Below are positions 51,865 through 63,260 of a stretch of DNA of 64,000 nucleotides, one piece after another. The number at the start of each line of letters is the position of its first letter. Within the stretch, counting starts at the first letter, position 1. The notes under the pieces are model-generated. The model was not told the origin of the DNA. It made no database searches and saw nothing but the letters and a program-made list of their open reading frames with translations. The DNA lies in contig CAWDZB010000022.1 of NCBI GenBank assembly GCA_963806685.1, forward strand, positions 16,360 to 80,359. Reading direction: 5' to 3'. The DNA comes from an uncultured delta proteobacterium. Its GTDB lineage: Bacteria > Desulfobacterota > Desulfuromonadia > Desulfuromonadales > DDH964. Both the position numbers and the translations under genes were made by a program.

Positions 51865-54241
51865 ATGCTCAAAGCTCTCAAGTTACGCTGGAAAATCCTC
51901 CTCGGCCTGGTCGGCCTGTCGGTCCTCGCCTTGGCCGTGACCCTTTATATCGTCTCCGGGCTCAGCCATCGTCAACTCGAAACGTCGATGCGCCAGCGGG
52001 TGGAGGAGGTCACCAACTTCGCCGAGAAGAGCATCGATTTTAAGCAGCAGGAGATTGCCAACTACGTCAAGCTGCTGTCCGGCAATACCGATCTGGTGAA
52101 TGCCGTCTACTACACCACCCTTACCGGGGAGAACACCCAGATCGAAAAGGTCGTCCAGGGGATCCAGGACGTCTTTCACCTCGACATGGTCCAGGTCCGC
52201 GACAAGCAGGGGGCAATCCTGCTGCGCACCGTCGCCGGCCAGGCCGACGTACCCCAGAGCAGCGGCGCCGACCATCCCCTGCTGCAGGCCGGTCTCGGCG
52301 GCACCGAGGCCAACGGAGTCACCATGTTCGATGGGCAACTGTCGATTGTCAGTGTCGCTCCGGTGCGGCTTCAGGACCAGGTTATCGGCCTGCTGGTCGG
52401 GGTCGATTTTCTCGATGACGCCTTTGCCGCCAGCATCCGCTCCCTGAGCGGGGCGGAGGTCGCTTTCTACGATGCCGGCGGCGTGGTCGCCGCGTCCAAT
52501 CCGGCGCTGCGCAAACTGCCGCTGGCAGAGCTCCTCAAGACCGGCCGGGGAGAGACGCAGATCGGCGATACCCCCTATACTCTGTTCACCTCGAGTCTCG
52601 GCAGCGACGGGCGCGGCCTGCTGATGGCCATCGACAGTTCGCAGAACAGCGCCGCCCGCAAGCACATGCAGGAGGTGCTGCTCATCATTTTGGCGGTGGT
52701 TTCCGCCCTGGCCACGCTGATCGGCCTAGCGATCTCCAGCAACATTACCCGCCCGCTGGCTGCGGTGGTCGACAACCTGGAGGAGATCGCCCAGGGGGAA
52801 GGCGACCTGACCCGCTCGCTGGTCGTCCACTCCCGGGACGAGGTCGGGGTTCTGGCCGAAAACTTCAACCGCTTCGTAGCCCGGCTGCGGGAGATGGTCA
52901 GCCGCACCCGGCAGGTCTCCACCAGTCTCACCGCGGCGACCGAGAAGATCCGCCTCTCCTCCACCCAGGTCAACGATGGCGCGGTCCGCCAGTCCCAGGC
53001 TCTGGAAGAGTCCTACCGCGCCATGCAGGGGATCGAAGAGAGCATTTCCGGCATCGCCGAGAGCACCGGCTTCCTCGTCGAATCGGCAGAGGAGAGTTCC
53101 TCGGCGACCCTGGAGCTCGGCGCCACCATCGAACAGATCGCCTCCCAGGGGGAGAAGCTCTTCGCCACGGTGGAGGAGGTCTCCAGCTCGATCAACGAGA
53201 TGTCCGTGGCCAGCCAGCAGATCGCCGAAAATGTCGAAATCCTCTCCTCGTCGACGGAGGTCACCGCCTCCTCGATCATCGAGCTCGACGCCTCGATCAA
53301 GGAGATCGAGGAGAACGCCGAGCGCACCAACAGCCTCTCGGAAGCGGCGGCCAAGGATGCCCAGCAGGGCAAGGAGGCGGTCGACGAAACCCTGCAGGGG
53401 ATCAACGCCATCCGCGAGATGGTCGACCGCGCCAGCGGCGTCATTCAGGATCTCGGCAGCCAGTCCAGTGCCATCGGCAAGATCCTTACCGTCATCGACG
53501 AGGTCGCCGACCAGACCAGCCTGCTGGCACTCAACGCGGCGATTATCGCTGCCCAGGCCGGCGAGCACGGCAAGGGGTTTGCGGTGGTCGCCGACGAGAT
53601 CCGCGAACTGGCCGAACGCACCGCGGTCTCCACCCGGGAAATCGCCGCGATCATCGGCAACCTGCAGAACGGCACCAAAGAGGCGGTCCAGGCGATGCGT
53701 GACGGCAGCGAGCGGGTTCACCAGGAGGTGGAGCGATCCAAGGTCGCCGGGGCCGCTCTCGACAAGATTCGCACCAGTACCACCAAGGCTACCGAGCAGG
53801 TGCGCAGCATCGTCCGTGCCACCCAGGAGCAGTCCCGAGGAAGCCGCCAGATCACCGATTCGATCAACCAGGTCGCCTCGATGCTCGGTCAGATCGCCGC
53901 CGCCATCAAGCAGCAGACCGACGGCACCAAGCAGCTCGCCCGCGCCGCCGAGGCGATGAAGGAGATCGCCTCCCAGGGCAAGCTCAGCAGCCGGCGAGCA
54001 GGCCAAGGGGAGCCGCCAGATCAACACCAGCATGGAGAAGATCCGCAACATGATCGAGCGGATCGACGAAGCGACCCGCGAGCAGACCCAACGCAGCCGC
54101 CAGGTGGTCGAAGCCGTGTCCAGCCTGCGCACCATTGCCGAGGGGAACGCGGCCCGCACCGCGGAACTCGACCAGGTGGTCGACATGCTCTCCCAGCAAA
54201 CGGCGACCCTGGAAGACGAGGTCGGCGCCTTCAAGGTATGA
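51865..54241 (+). CDS. Methyl-accepting chemotaxis protein (TM, periplasmic sensor, TM, HAMP, long signalling domain), frameshift near 53990
   Basis: GEGDLT...[40 protein letters not shown]; C-terminus continues as ORF 54032-54241. Confidence 0.9.
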
Positions 54242-55035
54242 AAACAGGGGAGCTGACCCTGACCATCCTCGGGTCGGGGACCAGTACCGGCGTGCCGGTC
54301 CCGGGGTGTGCCTGCCCGGTTTGCAGTTCCGCCGATCCGCTCGACCGCCGCACCCGCTGCAGTGCCCTGGTCTCCTGGCGGGGGCGCAACATCCTCATCG
54401 ACACCGCCACCGACCTACGCCAGCAGGCGCTGCGCGAGCGGCTCACGCACATCGACGCGGTCCTTTACACCCACACCCACGCCGACCACGTCCACGGCAT
54501 CGACGACCTGCGCACCTTCAGTCGTTCCGACCGGCCGCCGCTGCCGATCTTTGCCAGCGCCGAGTCCCTGATCGTACTGCAGCGGGTCTTTGCCTACATC
54601 TTCAACGAGTCGGCGGAACCTGGCTACCGGCCGAACCTGGCAGCCTGGAGGATTGGCGGCCCCTTTTCCCTCTTCGGCCTGCCGGTGCTCCCCCTCGAAC
54701 TGGCGCACGGCGCGGGAACATCCCTGGGCTACCGGTTTGGGCCCATCGCCTACCTGACTGACTGCAGCGCCATCCCGGCGGCGGCGGAATGCCATTTGCA
54801 AGGGTTGGAAGTGCTGATTATCGACGCTTTGCGTTTCCGCCCTCACCAGACCCACTTCAACATTGCCGCGGCGATTGCCGCCAGCCGCCGCCTCGGGGCC
54901 AGGCGCACCCTGCTCACCCACCTCAGTCACGAGGTGGAACATGGCCGTGACAGCTCCGGCCTGCCAACCGGAGTCGAGCTGGCCTATGACGGCCAGGTGC
55001 TGACCTTGCAGCTCCCCGCCCCTTCGGGTGGATGA
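54238..55035 (+). CDS. MBL-fold metallohydrolase (PhnP/YycJ-like)
   Basis: ATG overlaps the MCP stop; [33 protein letters not shown]. Confidence 0.92.
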   Translation: MKTGELTLTILGSGTSTGVPVPGCACPVCSSADPLDRRTRCSALVSWRGRNILIDTATDLRQQALRERLTHIDAVLYTHTHADHVHGIDDLRTFSRSDRPPLPIFASAESLIVLQRVFAYIFNESAEPGYRPNLAAWRIGGPFSLFGLPVLPLELAHGAGTSLGYRFGPIAYLTDCSAIPAAAECHLQGLEVLIIDALRFRPHQTHFNIAAAIAASRRLGARRTLLTHLSHEVEHGRDSSGLPTGVELAYDGQVLTLQLPAPSGG

Positions 55036-55095
55036 CTTGCGGGATAGCCCCTTTCCGCTTTACTTGTCGCAACCGACGGCGCAAAACGAAACGGT

Positions 55096-56922
55096 ATGCA
55101 TCAGGAAATTCGCCTCCACGGCCACATCAACGAAACCATCGAGTACTTCGCGACGGCCGCCGCCCGCGATGCCTACCGCGGCTATTTCTACGAGATCGAC
55201 GGCGAGCGCCTGCGCTTCTTTTCTCCCGGCAACGAATTCGTCCTCGACGCCGATGGAGTCAGTCATCGCGGCAACGGCGGCTCTTTCTGTGAATACATGT
55301 TCGGCGTCGACCAGCCGCTGGCCGATCTGGCCAAGGGGGACGTGCGCAACCGCCTGGTCCTGTACGGCGCCTCCTACGAGGAGAATGGCAACCTCGGCTT
55401 CACCAGCCACACCGAGGGGGGACAGAGCTACGAGCGGATCTTTTTCGAAGGAAACGCCGTCTGCAACTACTTCTTCTTCCTCAGCGGGACGATCAGCGGC
55501 TCGCTGCAGGAGCAGCAGGAAGGCATCCTGCGCCAGCTCGGCAAATTGCTCAAGCGCAGTGCGGCAGTCGGCGCAGGGGACGACTCCGGCCTCGGGGAAG
55601 AGCTCTTCGACCTGCTCGGCCCCAAAAGTTCCCTTTACCTGATCAAGCTGATCAACAAGAAGCACAAGGCCTACCGCGACACCTTCGAAAGGCTCTACCT
55701 CACCTACAAGGCGATCCCCGACGATGAGTTCGCTGGCCTGCAGCAGCTCGCCGAATGCTTCAGTATTGACAAGTATCAGCAGGAGCGAATCCGCATCGAT
55801 GTGATGTACAAGCACCCGGAAAACCGGAGGATCGTCGACGAGTACAAGCACATTCTCATCGACTGCAACCAGCGCGGCAGCATCGGCCGCCTCGAGAACG
55901 CCCGCCTCACCCGCCTGAAGACCCTCTCGGTGCGCAACAAGATTCCCTCCGCCCTCTTCTATACCCTCGACGAAATGCTCAAGCACGACAACCTGGTCGA
56001 CCTTGAGGAGCAGAACTACATCGCCGAGACCCGGCAGATCCTCTTCGGCCTCTTCTTCCAGGAGCGGCAGATCGACGCCAGCATCGACCACGAGGACATG
56101 ATCAAGCTGCTCCAGGCCAAGCGCCAGGCGAGCGAGAATCGCGACCACAGCTTCGAGCAGATCCTGTTAGAGACCGGAAAATCGTGCGACGAGAAGATCC
56201 GCGATGGTGCCGACATCCAGTTGCTGGAGAATTTTTCCTACATCGTCACCTACTTCGACCGCTACGACAATGCTGCGGCGGCTATCAACCAGCTCGCCTT
56301 CATGGAAAACGTGCGTATCGGCGAAGAGCTGGTGCGCAGCCTGCTCGGCAACCGCAAGGCCTTCAACGCCCTCGCGCCGGGGCTGTTCGACAGCCTGTTC
56401 TTTTCCAGCCTCTATGCCAACAAGTACCTGGGCCGCTTCGGTGCCAAGAAGATCCGCTGCCTGCAGAAGGGACTGGAGGAGATCGAGGATGGCCGGTTGA
56501 CCGTCCGTGGACTGCTGCAATGTATCGAAGAGACCTGCAGCCAGGAGACGACCTACAATCTTCTCCTCGGCAACGTCAAGGAACGCATCCGCAACTTCTA
56601 CTCCCGCTACAACACCCGCGCTGAACAGGAGGCGCTACGGCTGGAGGTGGCCGAGGAATTGCGCAACCGGGGAAACCTCGAAGGGGATATCTCCGACCGG
56701 TTGTTTCGCGACGTAGTGGTCAACATCAAGAAGGAAGCGATCTACATCCACAACCTGCTGCCGCGCATCGTCACCGAAAAGGACACGGCACTGCGCGAGG
56801 ATTTTCTCGACAACAGCGGCCTCGACCGCTTTTATGTCGAGGAACTGGAGCGGGAGTACTTCGACCTCAACGACCTCGACCTGGAAAACCTCTACCAGAT
56901 CCGCAAGGGGCTCAGCGCCTGA
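55096..56922 (+). CDS. Conserved Desulfuromonadales protein (TIGR04442-like)
   Basis: 608 aa with host-like codon use; [32 protein letters not shown]. Family recalled from memory, not searched. Confidence 0.65.
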   Translation: MHQEIRLHGHINETIEYFATAAARDAYRGYFYEIDGERLRFFSPGNEFVLDADGVSHRGNGGSFCEYMFGVDQPLADLAKGDVRNRLVLYGASYEENGNLGFTSHTEGGQSYERIFFEGNAVCNYFFFLSGTISGSLQEQQEGILRQLGKLLKRSAAVGAGDDSGLGEELFDLLGPKSSLYLIKLINKKHKAYRDTFERLYLTYKAIPDDEFAGLQQLAECFSIDKYQQERIRIDVMYKHPENRRIVDEYKHILIDCNQRGSIGRLENARLTRLKTLSVRNKIPSALFYTLDEMLKHDNLVDLEEQNYIAETRQILFGLFFQERQIDASIDHEDMIKLLQAKRQASENRDHSFEQILLETGKSCDEKIRDGADIQLLENFSYIVTYFDRYDNAAAAINQLAFMENVRIGEELVRSLLGNRKAFNALAPGLFDSLFFSSLYANKYLGRFGAKKIRCLQKGLEEIEDGRLTVRGLLQCIEETCSQETTYNLLLGNVKERIRNFYSRYNTRAEQEALRLEVAEELRNRGNLEGDISDRLFRDVVVNIKKEAIYIHNLLPRIVTEKDTALREDFLDNSGLDRFYVEELEREYFDLNDLDLENLYQIRKGLSA

Positions 56923-57044
56923 CCCTGGCTGTCCCTGCCCTCCGCCCCACAGCTCTCCAAGTTATTGAAATTGTTCCCTGGAATTTCTTGCCCGGGAGCG
57001 CCCCTCGGCTATACTTGCAAGAATCTCAGCGGGGGTCCCGGCGC

Positions 57045-59114
57045 ATGACTCATCCCGACATTCGCAGCATCCGCAATATCGGCATTATTTCCCACATCGA
57101 TGCCGGTAAAACCACGGTCTCGGAGCGAATCCTCTACTACACCGGAGAGATCCATCGCATGGGGGAGGTGCATGACGGAGCCGCGACTATGGACTGGATG
57201 GACCAGGAGCAGGAGCGGGGCATCACCATTACCGCCACCTCGACCTCCTGCCGTTGGAAGGAGCACTGGCTCAACCTGATCGACACCCCCGGGCACATCG
57301 ACTTCACCATCGAGGTGGAGCGCTCGCTGCGCGTTCTCGACGGCGCCATTGCCATTTTCAGCGCCGTGGAGGGAGTGCAGCCGCAGAGCGAATCGGTGTG
57401 GCACCAGGCCGACCGTTACCGGGTACCGCGCATCTGCCTGATCAACAAGCTCGACCGCATCGGCGCTGACTACGCGGCGGTGCTGGAACAGCTGCGGGAG
57501 CGGCTCCACGCTCGGCCGGTCCTGTTGCAGCTGCCGATCGGCAACGAAGGGGAGTTTTCCGGCGTCGTCGACCTGCTCGGCGAGGGCGCCCTGAGCTTTG
57601 AAGAGGAGGACTTCGGCCGGACGGTCCGCTCCGCGGCCATCCCCGAAGAACTGCTGCCGGCGACCCGAGCGGCCCGCGAACAGCTCCTCGAGGCCGCCGC
57701 CGACTTCGACGACGCAGTGCTGGCCGACGTGCTCGAGGGGCGTGCAGTGGAACGCCCCCGCCTGGTGGCGGCCTTGCGGCGCGGCGTTCTCGATTGTCGG
57801 ATTTTTCCGGTGCTGCTCGGCTCGGCGCTGCGCAACAAGGGGATCCAGCCACTGCTCGATGCGGTGCTCGAGTTTCTTCCCTCGCCGCTGGAGACACCGC
57901 CGCCGTTGGCCGCCCATCCCGGGAACGACGACCCTCCGGAAACGCTGGCCTGCGACCCGCGGGGCCCGCTCTGTGTCCTGGCCTTCAAGGTCCTTGCCGA
58001 CGAGGGACGCAAGCTGACCTACTTGCGCCTGTACTCCGGCTCCCTGCGTCCCGGCGAGCTGCTCCGCAATGCCGGGCGGTGCGGCGAGGAGCGGCTGGCG
58101 CGGCTGTTCCGCATGCACGCCCACCGCCGGGAACGGCTCGACGAAGCCCGCGCCGGGGACATCGTCGCCGCCACCGGCCTGCGCGACGTCCTCACCGGCG
58201 ACACCCTCTGTCGCCCAGAGCATCCGCTGCTCCTTTCCGGCCTGACCATCCCCGAGCCGGTGGTCTCGCTGGCGGTGGAGGCGAAAAGCGTCGGCGACCG
58301 GGAAAAGCTGCTGCCGTCGCTGGAAAAGCTGCAATGGGAAGACCCGACTTTCCGGGTCCGGGAGGATGCCGAGACCGGACAGACGATCCTGACTGGTATG
58401 GGGGAACTGCACCTGGAGGTGGTAATTCAGCGCCTGGCCCGGGAGTTCGGGGTGGCGGTGAAGACCGGACGGCCGCAGGTCGTCTACCGCGAAACCCTGA
58501 CCCGCCCGGTCGAGCGGCACGAGGTCTTCAACCGGGAGATCGACGGTCGCAACCAGCACGGGGAGCTCACCCTGCGGCTCACCCCGCGGGAACGGGGCGC
58601 CGGGCTGTCGGTCATCCTGCCCGATCTCGCGACCGATCCGTTGCCCGAAGCGCTGCGCACGGTCCTGCGCAGCAGCCTGGAGCAGGGCTGCGCTGGCGGG
58701 CCGCTGGCCGGATACCCGCTGACCGATCTCGAACTGCGGGTCAGCGCCGTCCCCTACGATCCAGCCCAGACCACCGAAACCGGGTTGCGCGCCGCCGCCC
58801 AGCGCGGCCTCGCCCTGGCTGCCCGGGAGGGGGCCCCGGCGCTGCTCGAGCCGATCATGCGTCTGGAATTGACCGCTCCCGGCGAACAATCGGGCCGGGT
58901 CCTCGGGTCGTTGCAGCAGAAGCGGGGACGGGTGGAGGGGATGCACAGCCGGACGGACTGTGAGGTCATCGCGGCGCTGGTGCCGCTCTCGGAAATGTTC
59001 GGCTACATGACGGAACTGCGCAGCGCCACCAAGGGGCGGGGGACTTTCACCATGGAATTCTCCCATTTCGACCTGGCTCCGGAAGAAACCCAGCGCCGCC
59101 TTGGCGGAGGTTAG
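57045..59114 (+). CDS. fusA: Stand-alone elongation factor G paralogue
   Basis: [43 protein letters not shown]; not in an rpsL-rpsG-fusA-tuf operon. Confidence 0.9.
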   Translation: MTHPDIRSIRNIGIISHIDAGKTTVSERILYYTGEIHRMGEVHDGAATMDWMDQEQERGITITATSTSCRWKEHWLNLIDTPGHIDFTIEVERSLRVLDGAIAIFSAVEGVQPQSESVWHQADRYRVPRICLINKLDRIGADYAAVLEQLRERLHARPVLLQLPIGNEGEFSGVVDLLGEGALSFEEEDFGRTVRSAAIPEELLPATRAAREQLLEAAADFDDAVLADVLEGRAVERPRLVAALRRGVLDCRIFPVLLGSALRNKGIQPLLDAVLEFLPSPLETPPPLAAHPGNDDPPETLACDPRGPLCVLAFKVLADEGRKLTYLRLYSGSLRPGELLRNAGRCGEERLARLFRMHAHRRERLDEARAGDIVAATGLRDVLTGDTLCRPEHPLLLSGLTIPEPVVSLAVEAKSVGDREKLLPSLEKLQWEDPTFRVREDAETGQTILTGMGELHLEVVIQRLAREFGVAVKTGRPQVVYRETLTRPVERHEVFNREIDGRNQHGELTLRLTPRERGAGLSVILPDLATDPLPEALRTVLRSSLEQGCAGGPLAGYPLTDLELRVSAVPYDPAQTTETGLRAAAQRGLALAAREGAPALLEPIMRLELTAPGEQSGRVLGSLQQKRGRVEGMHSRTDCEVIAALVPLSEMFGYMTELRSATKGRGTFTMEFSHFDLAPEETQRRLGGG

Positions 59115-59124
59115 CGGCCAAGAA

Positions 59125-60300
59125 CTAGCCGCCCAGGAATTCGATTCCCAGCAGGGTCAGGTCATCCTGCTGCGGTCGGCCTTCGGCAAATCCCCGCACC
59201 CTCTCGACCACCTGGTTGCAGCCGCCCTGCAGCGACTGGTCCCGCAGGGAGTCCAACAGGCCGAAAAACCGCTTCTCGCCAAACAGCTCCCCCTGGCGGT
59301 TGGCCCTCTCGTACACCCCGTCGGAATAGAGATAGAGGCGGTCCCCTTCCTCCAGAACAGCCTCTCCTTCGACGAAGGGCTTCCCGACGCCGAGGCCGAT
59401 CAGGCCGCCGCCGGCCCGCAGCAGTTCCACCCTGCCATCGCGCCGCACCAGCACCGGCGGCGGGTGGCCGGCGCTGCAGTAACGGACCCGGCCGGTGGAG
59501 ATGCTCAGCAGCAGGTAGGTAATGGTGAAGAATTTTTCGAACCGCTCAAAGGGGTATTCCAGCTCCAGCTCACCGAGGACCTCGGCCGGGGAGAGGATCT
59601 TGTAGTAGGGCGGGGCAACGTAGACCCGCTTGATGAACCGCCCGGTCTGCAGCGACAGGCTCTGGTAGACCGAGACCGAGACCATCGCCGAGGAAACCCC
59701 GTGGCCGCTGACGTCGAAGAGATAGGCCATGACCGTATCCTCGTCGAGCTGCAGGACATTGAACAGGTCGCCACCGACCCTCTCGAAGGGCTGGAAGCAC
59801 CAGGCGAAGCGGTAGCTGCCGAGGTCCGACAAGTGGGTGGGAATCAGGCTGTGCTGGATCTGCGCCGCCGAGCGTAACTCCTCTGCCTGCTCCCGTTCCC
59901 GCTCGCGGACCCGGTGCCGGAGCTGGGCCAACTGCTGGCGCAGCCGCCGCAGCGTGGTGAGGGAAGAGACCCGGGCGGAAAATTCCGCCAGCGAATCGGC
60001 CTGCAGCAACACCCCGTCCCCCTTGCTCCCGCGGTTCACCAGGTTCTCCAGGCGGCGGCTGCCGCTGAACAGCAGAGAAGGGACGGCGCGCCGCCGGCAT
60101 TCCGCCAGGCAGGTCTCCCAGCCCGGCTCATCCAGCAGGTCGACATCGGCCAGGACCAGGTCGGGACCCCGAAGCAGCAGTTCGCGGGCCTTTTCCCGGT
60201 CGTCGGTCTGCGCCACAGCGTACCCCTGGCCACGCAGCATCCGCCCGGGGTCGATTCCGTTGCTGGTGTCGTTTTGCAGCAGCAGCACTCGGCCGTTCAT
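59125..60300 (-). CDS. Receiver-like domain plus PP2C/SpoIIE (RsbU-type) phosphatase
   Basis: AAQIQ.SL.P, VGGD, DVSGHG, AGHP, YSDGV.E, DDLT. Confidence 0.9.
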   Translation of the reverse strand: MNGRVLLLQNDTSNGIDPGRMLRGQGYAVAQTDDREKARELLLRGPDLVLADVDLLDEPGWETCLAECRRRAVPSLLFSGSRRLENLVNRGSKGDGVLLQADSLAEFSARVSSLTTLRRLRQQLAQLRHRVREREREQAEELRSAAQIQHSLIPTHLSDLGSYRFAWCFQPFERVGGDLFNVLQLDEDTVMAYLFDVSGHGVSSAMVSVSVYQSLSLQTGRFIKRVYVAPPYYKILSPAEVLGELELEYPFERFEKFFTITYLLLSISTGRVRYCSAGHPPPVLVRRDGRVELLRAGGGLIGLGVGKPFVEGEAVLEEGDRLYLYSDGVYERANRQGELFGEKRFFGLLDSLRDQSLQGGCNQVVERVRGFAEGRPQQDDLTLLGIEFLGG

Positions 60301-60375
60301 GATAATCCGTCTGGTCGGTTGGGGAGTTTTCCAAGTATACTCGAAGTTAATCATGCTAGCGCGGGAGTTGCCGAA

Positions 60376-60753
60376 TTGTCCATCACCGCCACGGAGATTC
60401 GTGCCCACTGCCGGGCCCACCCCGGCACTGCCGAGGACTTCCCCTTCGGCCCCGGGGTCCTGGCCTGCCGGATCGGCGGCAAAATCTTCGCGCTGGTCTT
60501 TCTCGATGCCGTACCGCTGTGCCTCAACCTCAAGTGCGATCCACTGCGGGCCGAGCAATTGCGCCGCTACTACCCCGCCATCCGCCCCGGCTACCATATG
60601 AACAAGCGCCACTGGAACACGGTGACCTGCGACGGCAGCATCCCGCAGGAGGTCTTCTTCTCCCTGATCGATGATTCCTACGCCCTGGTCGTCGCCGGGC
60701 TGCCGAAGTCGGCACGCCAGGCATCGCCCGCCACCTGGGAGGAGGGATTATGA
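60376..60753 (+). CDS. MmcQ/YjbR-family DNA-binding protein
   Basis: TTG start with GGGAG; DFPFG, GKIFA, NLKCDP, PGYHMNKRHWNTV, IDDSY. Confidence 0.9.
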   Translation: MSITATEIRAHCRAHPGTAEDFPFGPGVLACRIGGKIFALVFLDAVPLCLNLKCDPLRAEQLRRYYPAIRPGYHMNKRHWNTVTCDGSIPQEVFFSLIDDSYALVVAGLPKSARQASPATWEEGL

Positions 60754-61634
60754 AACTGTTGATTATCGGCTGCGGCTACCTCGGCCGGCGGGTCGCACTC
60801 CTCGCCCGCAACAGCGGCTGGGAGGTGACCGCCCTGAACCGGTCCGGGACCGTGGACCCGGACCTTGCCGCCGCCGGGGTGGTTGCCCATGCCGCCGATC
60901 TCGACCAGCCGCCGGACCTGAACCGGCTGGCGACAAGGGACGCAACCGTCCTTTACCTGGCGCCGCCACCCGAAAGGGGCATCACCGACCCGCGGGTTGG
61001 CGCCTGGTGCGCCTTTGCACGGGGGGATCAGCGTCCGGCAAAGCTCATCTATCTCGGAACCACCGGCATCTACGGCGATTGCGGCGGCGCCCTGGTCGAT
61101 GAAACGACGACCCCGCACCCGGCCACCGACCGCGCCCGGCGCCGGCTGGCGGCGGAACGGGAGTTGCGGAGATGGAGCCTGGAAACCGGGGTACCGCTGC
61201 TGATCCTACGGGTGGCAGGCATCTACGGGCCGGGGCGGCTGCCGCTGGCGGCGCTGCGCGCCGGACAGCCGGTGGTGAACGGGAGCGAGGCTTCCTTCAG
61301 CAACCGCATCCACGTCGACGACCTGGCGGCCGTCTGCCTGGCGGCGGCAGAGCGCGGCCCGGCAGGCGCCATCTACAACGTCAGCGACGGGGAGAGTTCG
61401 ACCATGACCGACTACTTTTTGGCGGTGGCTGCTGCCTTCGGTCTTCCCGCACCGCCGCAGATCACCCTTGCCCAGGCGCAGCAGCAGTTGAGTCCGATGC
61501 TTCTTTCCTATCTGGCCGAGTCACGGCAGATCGACAACCGGCGGCTGCTGACCGAACTCGGCGTGACCCTGCGCTACCCGAACCTGCGGTGCGGGCTCGC
61601 CGCCTGCCGGGCGGAGGCCGTGGCGCCGGACTGA
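60750..61634 (+). CDS. NAD-dependent epimerase/dehydratase (YeeZ-like SDR)
   Basis: IIGCGYLG, TTGIYGD, GIYGPGR, NRIHVDD. Confidence 0.9.
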   Translation: MKLLIIGCGYLGRRVALLARNSGWEVTALNRSGTVDPDLAAAGVVAHAADLDQPPDLNRLATRDATVLYLAPPPERGITDPRVGAWCAFARGDQRPAKLIYLGTTGIYGDCGGALVDETTTPHPATDRARRRLAAERELRRWSLETGVPLLILRVAGIYGPGRLPLAALRAGQPVVNGSEASFSNRIHVDDLAAVCLAAAERGPAGAIYNVSDGESSTMTDYFLAVAAAFGLPAPPQITLAQAQQQLSPMLLSYLAESRQIDNRRLLTELGVTLRYPNLRCGLAACRAEAVAPD

Positions 61635-61729
61635 GCCAACCGGCGGGGGCATTGTTCACCGCCGGGAGGACGAGTATACTTGCAACCGTTGGAACCTCCT
61701 GCTTCCCTTCCGGCCACCAGGGAGCTTTC

Positions 61730-63184
61730 ATGCCGAAACTGCTGCTTCCTCTCCTTGCCCTGCTCCTGGTGGGCGCCTGTGCTTCCGTTGTCCGGTCACC
61801 GGTTGCCAGCGGCGACTGCCGCTCGCTGCTGGTTGCCGTCGACCGGCAGGTCGCTGCCGCCGGCTGCCGGGACGCCGCCTATTACCCCGTGCCCGAGGCC
61901 CCCTACCTGCGCACCAGCCGCTTCTGGAGCAGCTACGGCGACGATCCGCTCTCCGCGTCGGCATTCGATTTCTGGGCCGGGCAGCTGCGCCGCCTCGACC
62001 GCGAGGCACGATCGGCTGAGCTGGCCTGCCTCGAATCCAAATCCAGCGGCAGCGCAGCCGCCGGGGCGAGTGCGGGCGGGCCGGCGGAGCGCAGCGGATC
62101 CTGCGCCGACCAGTTGCTGGGCGACGCCCTGGCCGAGCCGGCCGAACTACGCCAGAAACTGGCCGCGGTGCAGGTACCCGACGATTACCGTACCTGGCGG
62201 CGGGTAGTTGGCCTCTATCCCCTGGTCAGGCTGCCCGTCGCCATAGGGGTGGCCAACGCCTATGCCGAGCGCCGCGACTGGTACCGCCGGGATCTCCAGG
62301 ACTGGCTGCGGCAGGGGACCTGGCAGAGCTGGGGGCCTGCGGCCGAATCCCCGGCGCCGGCCGCGGAGGTTGCAAGGCGCCTCGCCGCCGCTTCTGCCAA
62401 CCCCCTTGGGGTGCCGCTGCCCGACGCCGGGCAGAGCCTCTGGCTGGCGCGAAATTTCGCGCCGCTGCTGGTTCAGCAGCAGGCAACGGCGGCCGATCAC
62501 TGGGGAAAGGTCGAACGCACCGGCTCCGACGTCGTCATCGATCCGCAGCAGCCACTGATCTACTGGTATTGCGACCACCTCTTCAGGGGATCCGAGCCGC
62601 TGTTGCGCATCAACTACGTCATCTGGTACCCAAGGCGCGACGGGGGAATCACCCCCTGGATGGAACGGGGGCGCTACGACGGGCTTACCATCGGCGTCAC
62701 ACTGGCAGCCGACGGCCGGCCGCTGGTGGTGGAGAGCATGAACAACTGCGGCTGCTACCTCCAGTTCTTCCCCGGCGCCGCGCTGCCGCCACCACGGCCG
62801 GTCCCCTTCGCCCCCGACCCGCTCGTTCCCCAGGAGCTCCCCGAATCGGCCGCGAACCAGCGCCTAGCGGTCTACGTCAACGCCGGCTGGCACCAGGTCA
62901 TCCGCCTCGCTGCAGTGGCCCTCCCGGGGGACGCCGGAAGCTACCAGCTGGCCGACTACCGGGACCTCGAGCAACTCCCGGGCCCGGATGGCGAGATCAC
63001 CAGCCTGTTCGACGGCGACGGCCTTCTCCCCGGCAGCGAGCGGGTGGAACGCTGGCTCTTTTTCTCCATGGGCATCCCCTCGGTGGGAAGCATGCGCCAG
63101 CGCGGCCACCTGCCGATCACCCTGCTCGGCCGGGAACATTATGACGATCCGCAGCTGCTGAATAAAACGTTCGGAAACAGGTAA
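61730..63184 (+). CDS. Hypothetical lipoprotein
   Basis: Lipobox LVGAC; RBS AGGGAG; MNNCGCY motif. Confidence 0.75.
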   Translation: MPKLLLPLLALLLVGACASVVRSPVASGDCRSLLVAVDRQVAAAGCRDAAYYPVPEAPYLRTSRFWSSYGDDPLSASAFDFWAGQLRRLDREARSAELACLESKSSGSAAAGASAGGPAERSGSCADQLLGDALAEPAELRQKLAAVQVPDDYRTWRRVVGLYPLVRLPVAIGVANAYAERRDWYRRDLQDWLRQGTWQSWGPAAESPAPAAEVARRLAAASANPLGVPLPDAGQSLWLARNFAPLLVQQQATAADHWGKVERTGSDVVIDPQQPLIYWYCDHLFRGSEPLLRINYVIWYPRRDGGITPWMERGRYDGLTIGVTLAADGRPLVVESMNNCGCYLQFFPGAALPPPRPVPFAPDPLVPQELPESAANQRLAVYVNAGWHQVIRLAAVALPGDAGSYQLADYRDLEQLPGPDGEITSLFDGDGLLPGSERVERWLFFSMGIPSVGSMRQRGHLPITLLGREHYDDPQLLNKTFGNR

Positions 63185-63260
63185 AGGGGAGACGTTGCCC
63201 GGCGCCCGTTTCCGGCCTCCGCGGGCAACCTGCGGGCCGGTCCCGCACCTCGGTGGAGAG

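Noticed and set aside
51766-55035. Apparent 1089-aa MCP-metallo-beta-lactamase fusion
   Set aside because: Artefact of a frameshift near 53990; the true MCP C-terminus is ORF 54032-54241 and the MBL has its own ATG at 54238.
57009-59066. 685-aa minus-strand ORF
   Set aside because: Antisense shadow of the EF-G paralogue.
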